From Promethearchaeati archaeon (GTDB lineage: Archaea > Asgardarchaeota > Heimdallarchaeia > Heimdallarchaeales > Heimdallarchaeaceae): a stretch of DNA of 64,000 nt. The stretch spans positions 1-64,000 of the forward strand of contig JABLTJ010000027.1 of assembly GCA_013166775.1 (NCBI GenBank). The letters run 5' to 3'. A program made the position numbers and the translations under genes. Positions 20,994 through 30,699 of the stretch are shown in pieces. The notes beneath the pieces are model-generated. The model ran no database searches, was not told the origin of the DNA, and saw nothing but the letters and a program-made list of their open reading frames with translations. Positions within the stretch are counted from its first letter, which is position 1. Each line of letters opens with the position of its first letter.

Positions 20994-21401
20994 TCAAAAA
21001 CAATTTGAGCAATATGTTCCCTTTTCTACTTTCTCTGTTCTAAAGAACAACACTTCTCTTGAACATTCTTTACAATACAAACATCCACAAGTAGAACAAC
21101 GATAAACTTCGTTACCTATCTTAAATTCATTCTTGCATTTTAAGCAATGCACTTCATTTGAAACTGGTTTTTTCACTTCCATTTTCACTTTTTGTAGTAA
21201 ATCATCATTTTTTATATCTAAAACATTCTTTCCTGTTTTTTCTGTTTCTAGTATTTCGATTGCTTTTATAGAACCTGCCATGATACTGCTAAACCAAGTT
21301 GTGTGATCTGTTTCTTCATTATTAATGTAGTATTTGGTATCATCTTCCCAAATTACTTTTTCCTCATTAATCGTTTCTTTTTCACTATTATCAGTCTTCA
21401 T
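20994..21401 (-). CDS. Protein with C-terminal FYVE-like 8-Cys zinc finger
   Basis: CLKCKNEF..YRCSTCGCLYCKECS..YCSNCF. Confidence 0.75.
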   Translation of the reverse strand: MKTDNSEKETINEEKVIWEDDTKYYINNEETDHTTWFSSIMAGSIKAIEILETEKTGKNVLDIKNDDLLQKVKMEVKKPVSNEVHCLKCKNEFKIGNEVYRCSTCGCLYCKECSREVLFFRTEKVEKGTYCSNCF

Positions 21402-21522
21402 TTTAACAGTTCATGATTTTAATTTCAACTAATAAATATCTGTTGCTTCAGAATTTTAAAGGATAATAATTAATATATATAGATTTTATTCATTTTTTAT
21501 GAGGAGGAAGCCCGGTTCCTTG

Positions 21523-22026
21523 TCAATATCTTTCATAATGAACTAGATCATCTAAATTTTTTCTTCCTCGTGTAGGTTCTTCATTAGCATATCCTGTAGC
21601 GACCAAACCTAAAATGTTTAGATGTGCAGGAATTCCTAGAAGTTCCTTCATTTCTTGTTCCATAGGGGTTCCAATTACTCCTGCCCAACATGTCCCTAGA
21701 CCTATACTGTGAGCTTCAATCATATACTGCATAGTTGCTAAAGCTGTATCTGACATATGGTATTTCTGGTGTATTTCTGGATTTGTTAGTGGAATGAAAA
21801 CAACAGGACTTTCTGCAACAAATTTCGCATAAGGATGTAGCTCAGAAAGTTTCATTCTAATTGTTTCATCGGTTACAATGAGAAACTCCCAAGGTTGCTT
21901 GTTTGAAGCTGAAGGAGCCCATCTAGCAGCTTCTAGACATTTCTGAATCTTTTCTTCTTCAATAGGTGTATTTTTATATTTTCTAATACTTCTGCGTGTT
22001 TTCAAAAGATTTAATGCATCATTCAT
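21523..22026 (-). CDS. Nitroreductase family protein
   Basis: RRSIRKY, ARWAPSASNKQPWEF, GLGTCW; start MNDAL. Confidence 0.95.
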   Translation of the reverse strand: MNDALNLLKTRRSIRKYKNTPIEEEKIQKCLEAARWAPSASNKQPWEFLIVTDETIRMKLSELHPYAKFVAESPVVFIPLTNPEIHQKYHMSDTALATMQYMIEAHSIGLGTCWAGVIGTPMEQEMKELLGIPAHLNILGLVATGYANEEPTRGRKNLDDLVHYERY

Positions 22027-22101
22027 AGTTCTCCTTCTAAAATCTAACACTATATATTAAAACCTTATCTCATGTCTATTGAAATTATTCGATTAAGATT
22101 T

Positions 22102-22653
22102 CTACTTTTCCCGTTTTAGCCGTTCTCCTGCAAACGTTTGAGGATAGAGTATCATTCTTGTTATTGTTAATATTGGCATAAGTATCCATAGAAGATTTGC
22201 TAGTATCACTATATACCATTGAGAGTTCACATAATCAGTGAATTCTACAAACAGAATGATTGTAACATTTGTTAGCATTATTGATGACCAAATAATGCTT
22301 GGTATTCTTATCCAATTCTTTCCGCGGATGAATGCATAAGCTGCAACAGCATAAAATGGACCAAACAATACTATATCAATCCATATTGTTGCACGCCACC
22401 AAGTTGGTCTTTCTAGTAGGGCTGGATCGAAATTCACTCCCACCCAATGGTTTAGGTCTACAATAAACTTTGGTGGCCACGCAGGGTAGGTAAAAGCTGC
22501 TGTACCATAAGTACTGTGGTCAAGAACTACAACTTGCTCAATATCAAACATATAAGATATGAATATGAAGTTAAAGATATAAAACACTATTAGTGTTATG
22601 TCAATAATCTTTCTTGCTTTATCTCTTTCACGCAAAGGTGTTCCATTACTCAT
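22102..22653 (-). CDS. EXPERA (EBP/TMEM97/TM6SF) domain membrane protein
   Basis: DP.L...P.WW....WID..LFGPFY..AAYAF..G..WIR.P, N..W...P.L...R; 4 TM. Confidence 0.8.
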   Translation of the reverse strand: MSNGTPLRERDKARKIIDITLIVFYIFNFIFISYMFDIEQVVVLDHSTYGTAAFTYPAWPPKFIVDLNHWVGVNFDPALLERPTWWRATIWIDIVLFGPFYAVAAYAFIRGKNWIRIPSIIWSSIMLTNVTIILFVEFTDYVNSQWYIVILANLLWILMPILTITRMILYPQTFAGERLKREK

Positions 22654-22736
22654 TTTAATTCACTCTTTCAAATTGATTGAGATTTCTTGAATAAGAATTT
22701 CACTTTTTTAAAAAAGTTCCGAGAAGAATTTCACAA

Positions 22737-23597
22737 TTATTTGTTAATATGATTTTTATTTTCTCCGTACATTTTTTGCGCTACTGAGCCCATCAGTTTT
22801 ATTCTTTCTTTCGAAGACAAGAATGAATGCAAGAATCTTACAGATATCTTATTTGCAAAACCTGGAATAACTCGAGGTTTGTTTTTGACTAATCCCTTCA
22901 GTGCAAAATCAACTACTCTTTCTGGTTTCATAGGTTTGGGTTTAATCAGATCTTTGTCGATAGGTTCTGAAGAAAGATAATTGGGTGTTGCTGTAGCTCC
23001 TGCAACACATGCTGTTACATGAACATTAAAATCTTTCATCTCCAACCACAAAGATTCTGCTAAGTGCCTAGTATAAGCACGAGTTGCACCATAATGAGCA
23101 TGAATTGGTGATCCTTGTAAACCTGCCATCGAACTCATCAAAATGATACCTCCTCGACTTTTTTCTTTCATTTTACTGCAAAAATGATAAGTTAAGGTCA
23201 TTGAGCCTATACAATTTAAATTTATCACCTTCAAGTGTGTTTCAAGGGAGTGATTTGTAAACAAACCAATTGGACTTAATGCTGCGTTGTATACAAATAA
23301 TCCAACATCTAAATCTTTGGTTCTTGATTCTATTACTTCCAACATATCAGAAGAGTTCAGATCAAGAGGAAGAACAATCACTTCAACTCTATATTTTTTT
23401 TGTATGTTTTTAGAGATTTTTTGAAGTAATTTTTCTCTTCTGGCAATAAGAACTAGATTTAATCCCTTCTTTGCAAGTTCTTCAGCAAAAGCTTCTCCAA
23501 GACCTTCAGATGCACCAGCTATTAATGCCCAAGGACCATATTGATTGATGAAAGTGCTAGATTTAGAAATCATACAAATGCCTGAACCTACTAACAT
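22737..23597 (-). CDS. SDR oxidoreductase (17beta-HSD3/12-, DltE-like)
   Basis: YGPWALIAGASEGLGEAFA..LAKKGLNLVLIARR, YNAA, active site YxxxR. Confidence 0.9.
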   Translation of the reverse strand: MLVGSGICMISKSSTFINQYGPWALIAGASEGLGEAFAEELAKKGLNLVLIARREKLLQKISKNIQKKYRVEVIVLPLDLNSSDMLEVIESRTKDLDVGLFVYNAALSPIGLFTNHSLETHLKVINLNCIGSMTLTYHFCSKMKEKSRGGIILMSSMAGLQGSPIHAHYGATRAYTRHLAESLWLEMKDFNVHVTACVAGATATPNYLSSEPIDKDLIKPKPMKPERVVDFALKGLVKNKPRVIPGFANKISVRFLHSFLSSKERIKLMGSVAQKMYGENKNHINK

Positions 23598-23786
23598 TTA
23601 AAATTAATCTCAGTTTTCCAAATTAGAAGGATTACTGAATAAAATCATAACTAAGGGGATTCTCAAAGCTTACTTTGATTTAGTAAGCACTATTTAGCAT
23701 AAATCAACGGTATCAGTAACTTTCCTAAGAGAGAGGAAAAAAATGTATGAGGAAAAAAAATAATAAATTTAGAAGATAAACTGAAT

Positions 23787-24596
23787 TCATTCTGTATCTT
23801 TTATTAGTAGTGGAACACTTATCTTATATCCTTTTGCTTCACATGCTTCTAGAACTCTTTTTCTTATTTCAGAGTTAATAATGAGAATTTGCATAACGTC
23901 CTTAATGTAATAATAGAGTTTGTATTCTACAGCATAATCGTGATAATCATTAATTGTAACAAAAGGATCTTCTTCAGTTGATAGAAGTTTATAACCTTTT
24001 ATAGCATTTACTAGAGTTTCTTCAACTTCCAAATGATTTAAAGAATAATCAAGCGTAACAGAAATATCTCTCATTATAATTTCTGCACCACTTCCTAGAT
24101 TGTTGATACTTTGTCTTAAGAGTTCTTGGTTAGGTACTGCTACTATTGTTTTATCTATTAGCTGGATTTTTGTATAAATAAATTCTATATCAACAATATC
24201 TGCTAGTTTTCCTTCAAAAAATATTCTATCTCCTTTGATAAAAGGCTTACTTGTCATTATAATGATTCCAGCTATGAAATTACCTATAGTATTCATCGCT
24301 GCAAAACCAATTACAGTAGTTCCCATAAGAGTGATTAATGCTGTTAGAAAACCTGCTGTTTCTAGATATTGTACAAGTAAAACAGTAAAAATGATCAAGA
24401 GTATTAACAGCTGTAACATTCTTTGAATAGCTTTAGCACCTCTCTTTTTTATACGATTGTTTTTGACTAATCGTTTTAACTCAAAACCTATTATCCTAAT
24501 AAGTATTAAACCAATTAAAATAACTGCTGCAGAAATAATTAAATCAATCCTATTAGCTTTTAGCCAATCTAGAACAATTGAAGCCATTTTAGACAA
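23787..24596 (-). CDS. mscS: Small-conductance mechanosensitive channel (MscS family)
   Basis: IGFAAMNTIGNFIAGIII..KPFIKGDRI, VPNQ. Confidence 0.9.
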   Translation of the reverse strand: MSKMASIVLDWLKANRIDLIISAAVILIGLILIRIIGFELKRLVKNNRIKKRGAKAIQRMLQLLILLIIFTVLLVQYLETAGFLTALITLMGTTVIGFAAMNTIGNFIAGIIIMTSKPFIKGDRIFFEGKLADIVDIEFIYTKIQLIDKTIVAVPNQELLRQSINNLGSGAEIIMRDISVTLDYSLNHLEVEETLVNAIKGYKLLSTEEDPFVTINDYHDYAVEYKLYYYIKDVMQILIINSEIRKRVLEACEAKGYKISVPLLIKDTE

Positions 24597-24750
24597 GATA
24601 ATTAAGTAAAATAAGTATATTTGTTTTTCCTATAAAAGTAAAATTCTTTTATCTCACCTATTCAGTTTAATGAAAACTGAAGCTTATAACAATATTCTTG
24701 GTAAGTTTTCTTACTAATTTGCTTATTTTAAGGGAGAAGAAATAGCTTAT

Positions 24751-25730
24751 TCATTTATTAGTATGCATTATATTCCAAGCAAGCATTCCACCCATAAGAA
24801 CTAAAGGGTGTCTAAAGCCTGCTTTCATCATTATCTTAGCAGCTGTATTAGCTCTAGAACCTGATCTGCAGACTATAATTATTTCTTCTTCTTTCTTATC
24901 TTCTAGTTTATCTAAATTAGCAATTAGTTTCCCAATTGGTATATTAATCACACCATCTATATGCCCTATCCTTTGTTTTAATTCGATAGGTTCACGGACA
25001 TCAATCATAACTATATTCTCATTATTCTCAATTCTGTTAGCTAGGCTATCAGCTGTGATACTTTCAACTATTAATTCATTGACAGCACATCTTTCATCCA
25101 TTCAGCAGGTCCCAATTTCAGATCATTGAGGTAATTTACAAACTCCTGTTGGGTTCTCTCCTTTAGATGAGGATTGGTCTTCTTCTGATTTGCTAGTGTA
25201 GATGGTTTTCTATTTCTATAATCATGTGCAGGATAAACAACTAAATCCTCTGGCAGTTTCTTGAATTTTTCTAGTGTCGCCCAGTGCTTTGCTGAATCTC
25301 CTCCAGGTAAATCATCTCGTCCTGCACCACCATCATCTAAAAAGAGTGCGTCCCCTGTGAATAGTTTATCAGCCCAAATTAAGCTAATTGAATCATTGGT
25401 ATGGCCTTTAGTATCAAGAATTTCAAGTTTAATATCAGTTATCTCAATAACATCTCCTTCTTTCACTCTTTTTGTTACACATTGGGAAGGAGCGTTTTCA
25501 TGCATAATATACTCACAGTCAATACGATCTTTGAGAACAGCTGAACCAGAAATATGATCAGCATGCGAGTGGGTATCAATTACAGCAGAGATTTGAAGCT
25601 GATTCTTGTCAATATATTCAATATAATCCTCAACACCTTCCAAAACAGGGTCAATAAGTATAACTTTTGGAAGTTTACTACCTAAAATATATGTTTTACA
25701 ACTTTTATCGTTAAGTTGAGCGAATATCAT
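24751..25730 (-). pseudogene. Persulfide dioxygenase (MBL) plus rhodanese fusion, split by frameshift
   Basis: THSHADH, GHT, FTGD, YPAHDY in 25071-25730; rhodanese IDVREP..CRSGSRA..GGMLAW in 24751-25101; frames overlap at the junction. Confidence 0.75.
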
Positions 25731-25819
25731 ATTATCAAATTGAAAAGAGTGTTTAAAAGATTTATTTAATTCTAAATTTTCAAGAACAAGTATTTAAACA
25801 TTAAAAAGGATTAACAGAT

Positions 25820-26281
25820 ATGATTGAAGAATCGGATATTAAGAAAATTATAAGAGAACTATTGGCATCACAACTCTTCTGTGTTTTAACTACTAATTTA
25901 GCACAAAGTCATTTTCCTTACTCTTCCCTTGTAGCTTCTCTTAATTCTGATGACCTCAAACACATTCATTTTGCAACATCAAGAAAAACAACTAAATTCA
26001 CAAATCTCTTATCTGATCCAAAAGTCTGCATGTTCTTTGATAATCGTTCGAATGAGTTAGAAGATGTTACCAAAGCAGTTACTGCTACAGTTTTAGGGAA
26101 AGTAGAGGAGCTAGACAAAGAAACCAATAAAGAGATTTTGCGAAGGTTTATCGAAAAATATCCACAACTCAAAGATTTTGTAGAGAAACAGAGCACTGCT
26201 TTTCTACGAATAATTGTTGATGAATATATAGTAGTGCATAATTTCCATAAAACTTTGAGATTAACCTTAAGTGACAATTGA
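25820..26281 (+). CDS. Pyridoxamine 5'-phosphate oxidase-like split-barrel protein
   Basis: PYSSLV..FATSRKTTKFTNL..DPKV..FFDNR. Confidence 0.88.
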   Translation: MIEESDIKKIIRELLASQLFCVLTTNLAQSHFPYSSLVASLNSDDLKHIHFATSRKTTKFTNLLSDPKVCMFFDNRSNELEDVTKAVTATVLGKVEELDKETNKEILRRFIEKYPQLKDFVEKQSTAFLRIIVDEYIVVHNFHKTLRLTLSDN

Positions 26282-26339
26282 AGTAAGAAGTTTTTTTGTA
26301 AATCCACAACATATTTTATTCTAATCAACTAGAATTAGT

Positions 26340-26807
26340 TTGATAAAGATGATTTTTCCAGAGGTAAAAGGATCTAATTTAGAAAAGAAGAAATACAAAA
26401 TTCCTCAAGATTTAGAAGGAACTATAAACATTGTAACTGTTGCTTTTCAACAATGGCATCAAGGTTTAGTTAACACCTGGGTTCCATTTTTAGAAGAATT
26501 GAAGCAAACTCACACAGAGATTTATTTCTATGAATTTCCTACAATCAACAGAGGATATAAGGGGATGAGATTCATAATTGATGGGGGGATGAGAATGGGT
26601 ATTCCAGATAAAGAGATTCGAGATAGAACTATAACACTTTATTTAGATAAGAAAAAATTCATGCAGAATCTTACAATCGAAAATGATGAGGATATTATAA
26701 CTTATGTCCTAAACAATAAAGGTGAAATTTTCACTAAAATTGAAGGGGAATACACATCTGAAAAAGGAAACAAAATAAAGAGTCGAGTTGAAGAATTACT
26801 AAAATAG
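26340..26807 (+). CDS. Thioredoxin-like protein (ATP10-related family)
   Basis: FP.VKG.NL..IP.DL.G..VAFQQWHQ..VNTW.P, IDGGMR.GIP. Confidence 0.65.
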   Translation: MIKMIFPEVKGSNLEKKKYKIPQDLEGTINIVTVAFQQWHQGLVNTWVPFLEELKQTHTEIYFYEFPTINRGYKGMRFIIDGGMRMGIPDKEIRDRTITLYLDKKKFMQNLTIENDEDIITYVLNNKGEIFTKIEGEYTSEKGNKIKSRVEELLK

Positions 26808-26825
26808 TATATTTAGAATAGAATA

Positions 26826-27203
26826 ATGGTGATAAAAATTCCTCATGTAGTTTTAGAAGGAGAAATTAAAACACGAGAAATTAAAACACAGGATATATTT
26901 AAAGAAATTGAACCTCTCTTCATTAAGGAAGAAAACTTGCTTATTCGATCTACCAATTCATTTCTTTCACTTGATGAGTCAACTATTCTCATTGAAATCC
27001 TAGTTATAGAAAAAAATATTAAAAATCAGTTCTTTGCAATTGTTAATCAACGGGAGGATGGTGTAGTTGTTCGCATACATCCTATGGTAGAAGTGGAAAA
27101 AACTAATGGAGTCAAGAAATCTTTAGCTGAAATAGGCAAGCAAGTTCTTACAAAATTTAAAGGAACAAAAGTAGGTAAAACTAATCTTTCTGAATTTCTA
27201 TAG
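26826..27203 (+). CDS. Hypothetical protein
   Basis: 19 bp after the previous gene, co-oriented; IPHVVLEG..KTNL. Confidence 0.75.
   Translation: MVIKIPHVVLEGEIKTREIKTQDIFKEIEPLFIKEENLLIRSTNSFLSLDESTILIEILVIEKNIKNQFFAIVNQREDGVVVRIHPMVEVEKTNGVKKSLAEIGKQVLTKFKGTKVGKTNLSEFL
26860..26889 (+). repeat. Exact 15-bp tandem duplication
   Basis: GAGAAATTAAAACAC x2 (EIKTR-EIKTQ). Confidence 0.9.
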
Positions 27204-27213
27204 ATTAGAAGTT

Positions 27214-27777
27214 TTATTTTTTATGCAATTTAATTACAGAGAGTTTGTCTGCTATAAAAGAAAAATCTACAGTATTAACATCATCTTTTCTCTTTCTCCA
27301 ACCAAAGACAAATCTAGGCAATATTGGAACATTTGTTACGAACCATTTAAAGACCTTGACGATTTCTTCTTTCTCTTCAATTATCTCGAACTTAACAGGA
27401 TATTTTTTGAAACCCTTTTTAATTGAAACATCATCAGGATCAGCTTTCATGTTCCTAAACCAGTCGGCTTTATTCCCTCTACCTACAAAAATATGAATAA
27501 CTCCATCAATAATTTGATGTTCTATAGGAGTAATTCTCTCTAGACCACTCTTTCTCCCTTTAGTATAAATTAATATCAAGAATCTTCCAAGTCCAATTAA
27601 AGGAATTATTCCCATTTTGTAAAAAGGTTTAACCAGATATTTATTCATGAATTTGAAACGTTTTAGGAACTTCTTCTGTTGCTTTTTATCTGCTAAAAGA
27701 AAGCTATATTCAAAAGATCCTTTCCTTGGAAGAAAAACGTTATTATCATATTCTATCAAATCAGTCATTTCAATCAC
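27214..27777 (-). CDS. Deazaflavin (F420)-dependent nitroreductase family (DDN-like)
   Basis: LIYTKGRKSGLERITPI, ADWFRNMKADP. Confidence 0.85.
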   Translation of the reverse strand: MIEMTDLIEYDNNVFLPRKGSFEYSFLLADKKQQKKFLKRFKFMNKYLVKPFYKMGIIPLIGLGRFLILIYTKGRKSGLERITPIEHQIIDGVIHIFVGRGNKADWFRNMKADPDDVSIKKGFKKYPVKFEIIEEKEEIVKVFKWFVTNVPILPRFVFGWRKRKDDVNTVDFSFIADKLSVIKLHKK

Positions 27778-27872
27778 TAAAGATAGAAAATCTTTCTTTT
27801 AAGGTTTAGTTTTTATCAAAATAAGAGTTTTTTCGAAACGATTTATATAGCAAGAGTATTAAAAACAAAGGT

Positions 27873-28236
27873 ATGGAATGTAAAAAGATTCTGCAGAAAT
27901 CCTCTGTAATCCTTCTCATCCTTCTTCTGTACAAACCTAAGTCCTAAATTACATACTATCTCAACTGTAGATCTTCATGACTTTGATGGAGCTAGGTTAG
28001 CTGATGGTGATGTGATTTTAGCTGATAGTAATCTACTAATAAATGCCTTATTCGAATTACCATTGAATTTTGCTGATACATATGAGATTAAAGTTGGAAA
28101 TGATTATACTGGTTACTACCACTTCATTCTAAAATCAGATGTAACAACTAGTATTGGCTTTAGCTTCTCAATAATTGGAGTAGCAATTGTTGCTATTGGA
28201 ACAAGTGTTTATGTTTTAAAACGAAAGAAAAAGTAA
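27873..28236 (+). pseudogene. Frameshifted or deleted secreted protein with TM anchor
   Basis: ATG 27873 signal-like MECKKILQKSSVILLILLL stops at 27947; another frame from ~27910 runs to TM plus KRKKK. Confidence 0.6.
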
Positions 28237-28471
28237 GTTGGGAAAACTTTCTAGTTTTCCTTTTCTATTTCTCCACTAAGATTTTTTAATTATTGTTTCA
28301 GATATCATTGATATCTCAATTTTTCAAACTAAAATATTTACTCCTTACAAATTTTAAATTATATATTTTCAAAGATGATTTTGTTCAATTCAGAAAGAAC
28401 TTCTTGATTTGGTGATTGGAATATATTTAGACTCTTGTTATTGTTATTTGAAGCATAATTCAAGATTTTTT

Positions 28472-29368
28472 CTAAGGTAGCGTTGAATGTTCTTTTTTAG
28501 AAAATTCGTTAGGATTCAAGCTGCACCAAACGAAATCTGAGGTATACAATCGTGTCATAGACTTGATAGATTTTGTTTCTTGAATATCCATTGAAGGGAG
28601 GAAATCTTTTAACGTATCAAACCATGCACGTTGCTCATCTCTATAATTCGGATTATTATCTTTTGAAACTGTTTTTTCACATAATCTTAACCATTTATTC
28701 TTATCAAATTCTAAATTTACGTCTTCAGGATAATTTTTTAGTGTTAACGCTCTTAATTGGTTAAAATGCGTTGATTCATCAAATTCAATAATTTTTCCTT
28801 GATTTATGACATAAAAATTACAGGTCGGAAGCCTTGTTGTTTGCACAAAATCATTTAAACCTCTAAAAGATTGTAATAATTCATAGATATTTTTCAATGC
28901 GTCATAGTATTTAGTATTTATAAAATCCTCAGGTTTTGTACCAACAGTAACATGGTAATCAACTTTGATTTTTCCATAAATATGTTCTAAGATTCCTTTA
29001 ATAATATTCTTACATTTTAAACAATTTTCACTTGAGTGAATCTTCGTCAGTGACACTATATTCTGATTGTTCAGATATTCGAGAGTCTTTGTGTCCAATG
29101 AGCACAGATCTACTATTGTAAATCCTAAATTCTCAAGAATCGCATTACTCTCGTCTTCATCTCTTAACTTTGATTTATCTAATGTTTCCCCACTTATATA
29201 TTTGTTAGACAATGAAACAACATATTCTGGGGGGTAATAATGGTTTTTGTATTCTACGAGATACTTTTTTGAACCTCTACCATCTGGAACGCCATAATCT
29301 TTGATTTCATTAATAGATTGAACAATATGTATCATTTCTATTTGTTCTTGTATCATATTACTATTCAA
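28472..29368 (-). CDS. Putative restriction-type nuclease: McrA/McrB-like N-terminal head plus Vsr/PD-(D/E)XK-like domain
   Basis: GVP..R.SKKY...Y....YPP.YV.SL.N....G..L......E.N..L..LGF.I head; IIEFDESTHF..LR, RDEQRAWFD..KDFLP. Confidence 0.6.
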   Translation of the reverse strand: MNSNMIQEQIEMIHIVQSINEIKDYGVPDGRGSKKYLVEYKNHYYPPEYVVSLSNKYISGETLDKSKLRDEDESNAILENLGFTIVDLCSLDTKTLEYLNNQNIVSLTKIHSSENCLKCKNIIKGILEHIYGKIKVDYHVTVGTKPEDFINTKYYDALKNIYELLQSFRGLNDFVQTTRLPTCNFYVINQGKIIEFDESTHFNQLRALTLKNYPEDVNLEFDKNKWLRLCEKTVSKDNNPNYRDEQRAWFDTLKDFLPSMDIQETKSIKSMTRLYTSDFVWCSLNPNEFSKKEHSTLP

Positions 29369-29517
29369 AATTCAGAAGAAATCTATTCTTATAGTAATTG
29401 TTATTTAAATAATTAAAGTAATTTATACAAAAAGAAAAATTAGTGTTGGATTTGGTCTTTACTTCATTAAACGAAAAGAAAATAAATAGATTGGAAAAAC
29501 TCCAATCATTATTTTAG

Positions 29518-30576
29518 TCAACTAATTTCTTTCTTTTTGGCTATAGTATCGTCAACAATCGATTCGATTCTTTGTTTGAAGAGTTTTATTGCTCTGTTCT
29601 GAGCTTCCACATCGTCAAGGATTTTTTCTATTATTCTTTGTCTGTGCTTCTCTAAAATATGATTTATCAGATCTTCCTTAACCTTAATTAGGTCAACTTC
29701 TTTTACTTCAACGACTTCCTCGAGAGGTTCTGCTGCTACATCTGCAACTACCTCTTGAACAATCTCTTCTGCAGTTATCACAGGTTCTCTGTAAACTTCT
29801 TCGACAACTTCCTCTATAACTTCTTCAACGTCTTCTACTGGCTCTTCAATAACTTCCTCAGTGACTTCTTCAACAACTTCCTCAATTATTTCCTCGACAG
29901 GTTCTTCAGCAGGTTCTTCAATTACTTCCACCAAAGGTTCTTCAACTATTTCTTCAACTTCTTCTAGTTCGGCTTCTGCAATTTCTTTCTCTTCCTCAAG
30001 CACTTTCTCCATTAGATTACCGACCAGATCATCTATTCTAGAGACTGCTTCATCAACAAGTTTAGCTATAGCTTTTCCAGATAGTTCCATACCTTTTTTT
30101 CTTACTATTTCATCTGCAGGTAAAGCAGCTTCTATTTTCAGTCCTACAGTAAGTACAATGAACTTAGTTAGAGCACTCTTTACTTCGTCCAAACCTAGTT
30201 CCTTGATGGTTTCAAGATTTAAATTAACAGGTTCTAGTTCTTCCATAGCTTCTTTGATTTCTTCTTTTAATTTGTCAATCTTCTCTTGAAGTTCATTTCT
30301 ATTCTCTTCGTCAGTTTCTTCTTCCTTTTTCTTCTTCTTTTCCTCTATCTTTCGTTTATTCTTGACTATTTTCTTGTTTTTGTCTTTAACGAGTTCTTTT
30401 AATTTATCCGAATACAGTTGTATGAACCGGGGGATATATTCTTCAATTAATTCCTTAATCTCATTAATCATTGCTTCGTCAACGGGATTCTTTGGGACTT
30501 CAATATCAGGTACTTCAACATCAGGTACTTCAACATTAGGAACTTTAGGGGCTTTATCTTTTATTTTTTTAAACAT
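29518..30576 (-). CDS. Acidic coiled-coil, low-complexity protein
   Basis: VP(N/D)(V/I)E repeats, K/E coiled coil, long EEPVEEV-type linker. Confidence 0.85.
   Translation of the reverse strand: MFKKIKDKAPKVPNVEVPDVEVPDIEVPKNPVDEAMINEIKELIEEYIPRFIQLYSDKLKELVKDKNKKIVKNKRKIEEKKKKKEEETDEENRNELQEKIDKLKEEIKEAMEELEPVNLNLETIKELGLDEVKSALTKFIVLTVGLKIEAALPADEIVRKKGMELSGKAIAKLVDEAVSRIDDLVGNLMEKVLEEEKEIAEAELEEVEEIVEEPLVEVIEEPAEEPVEEIIEEVVEEVTEEVIEEPVEDVEEVIEEVVEEVYREPVITAEEIVQEVVADVAAEPLEEVVEVKEVDLIKVKEDLINHILEKHRQRIIEKILDDVEAQNRAIKLFKQRIESIVDDTIAKKKEIS
30497..30541 (-). repeat. 15-bp x3 coding tandem repeat
   Basis: ACTTCAATATCAGGT / ACTTCAACATCAGGT / ACTTCAACATTAGGA. Confidence 0.85.
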
Positions 30577-30699
30577 GCCAATTCACCTTGATTTTCATAT
30601 ATCAATCTTATAATTAAATCAAAAATAACTAGTAATTTGAATATAATAACTGTTTTGCACAAATTTACATGCTTAGTTGGTTTTTCCTTTTCTTATTTA

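Noticed and set aside
29755-30613. S/T-rich and F/N-rich plus-strand ORFs
   Set aside because: Antisense by-products of the Glu/Val-rich repeat gene
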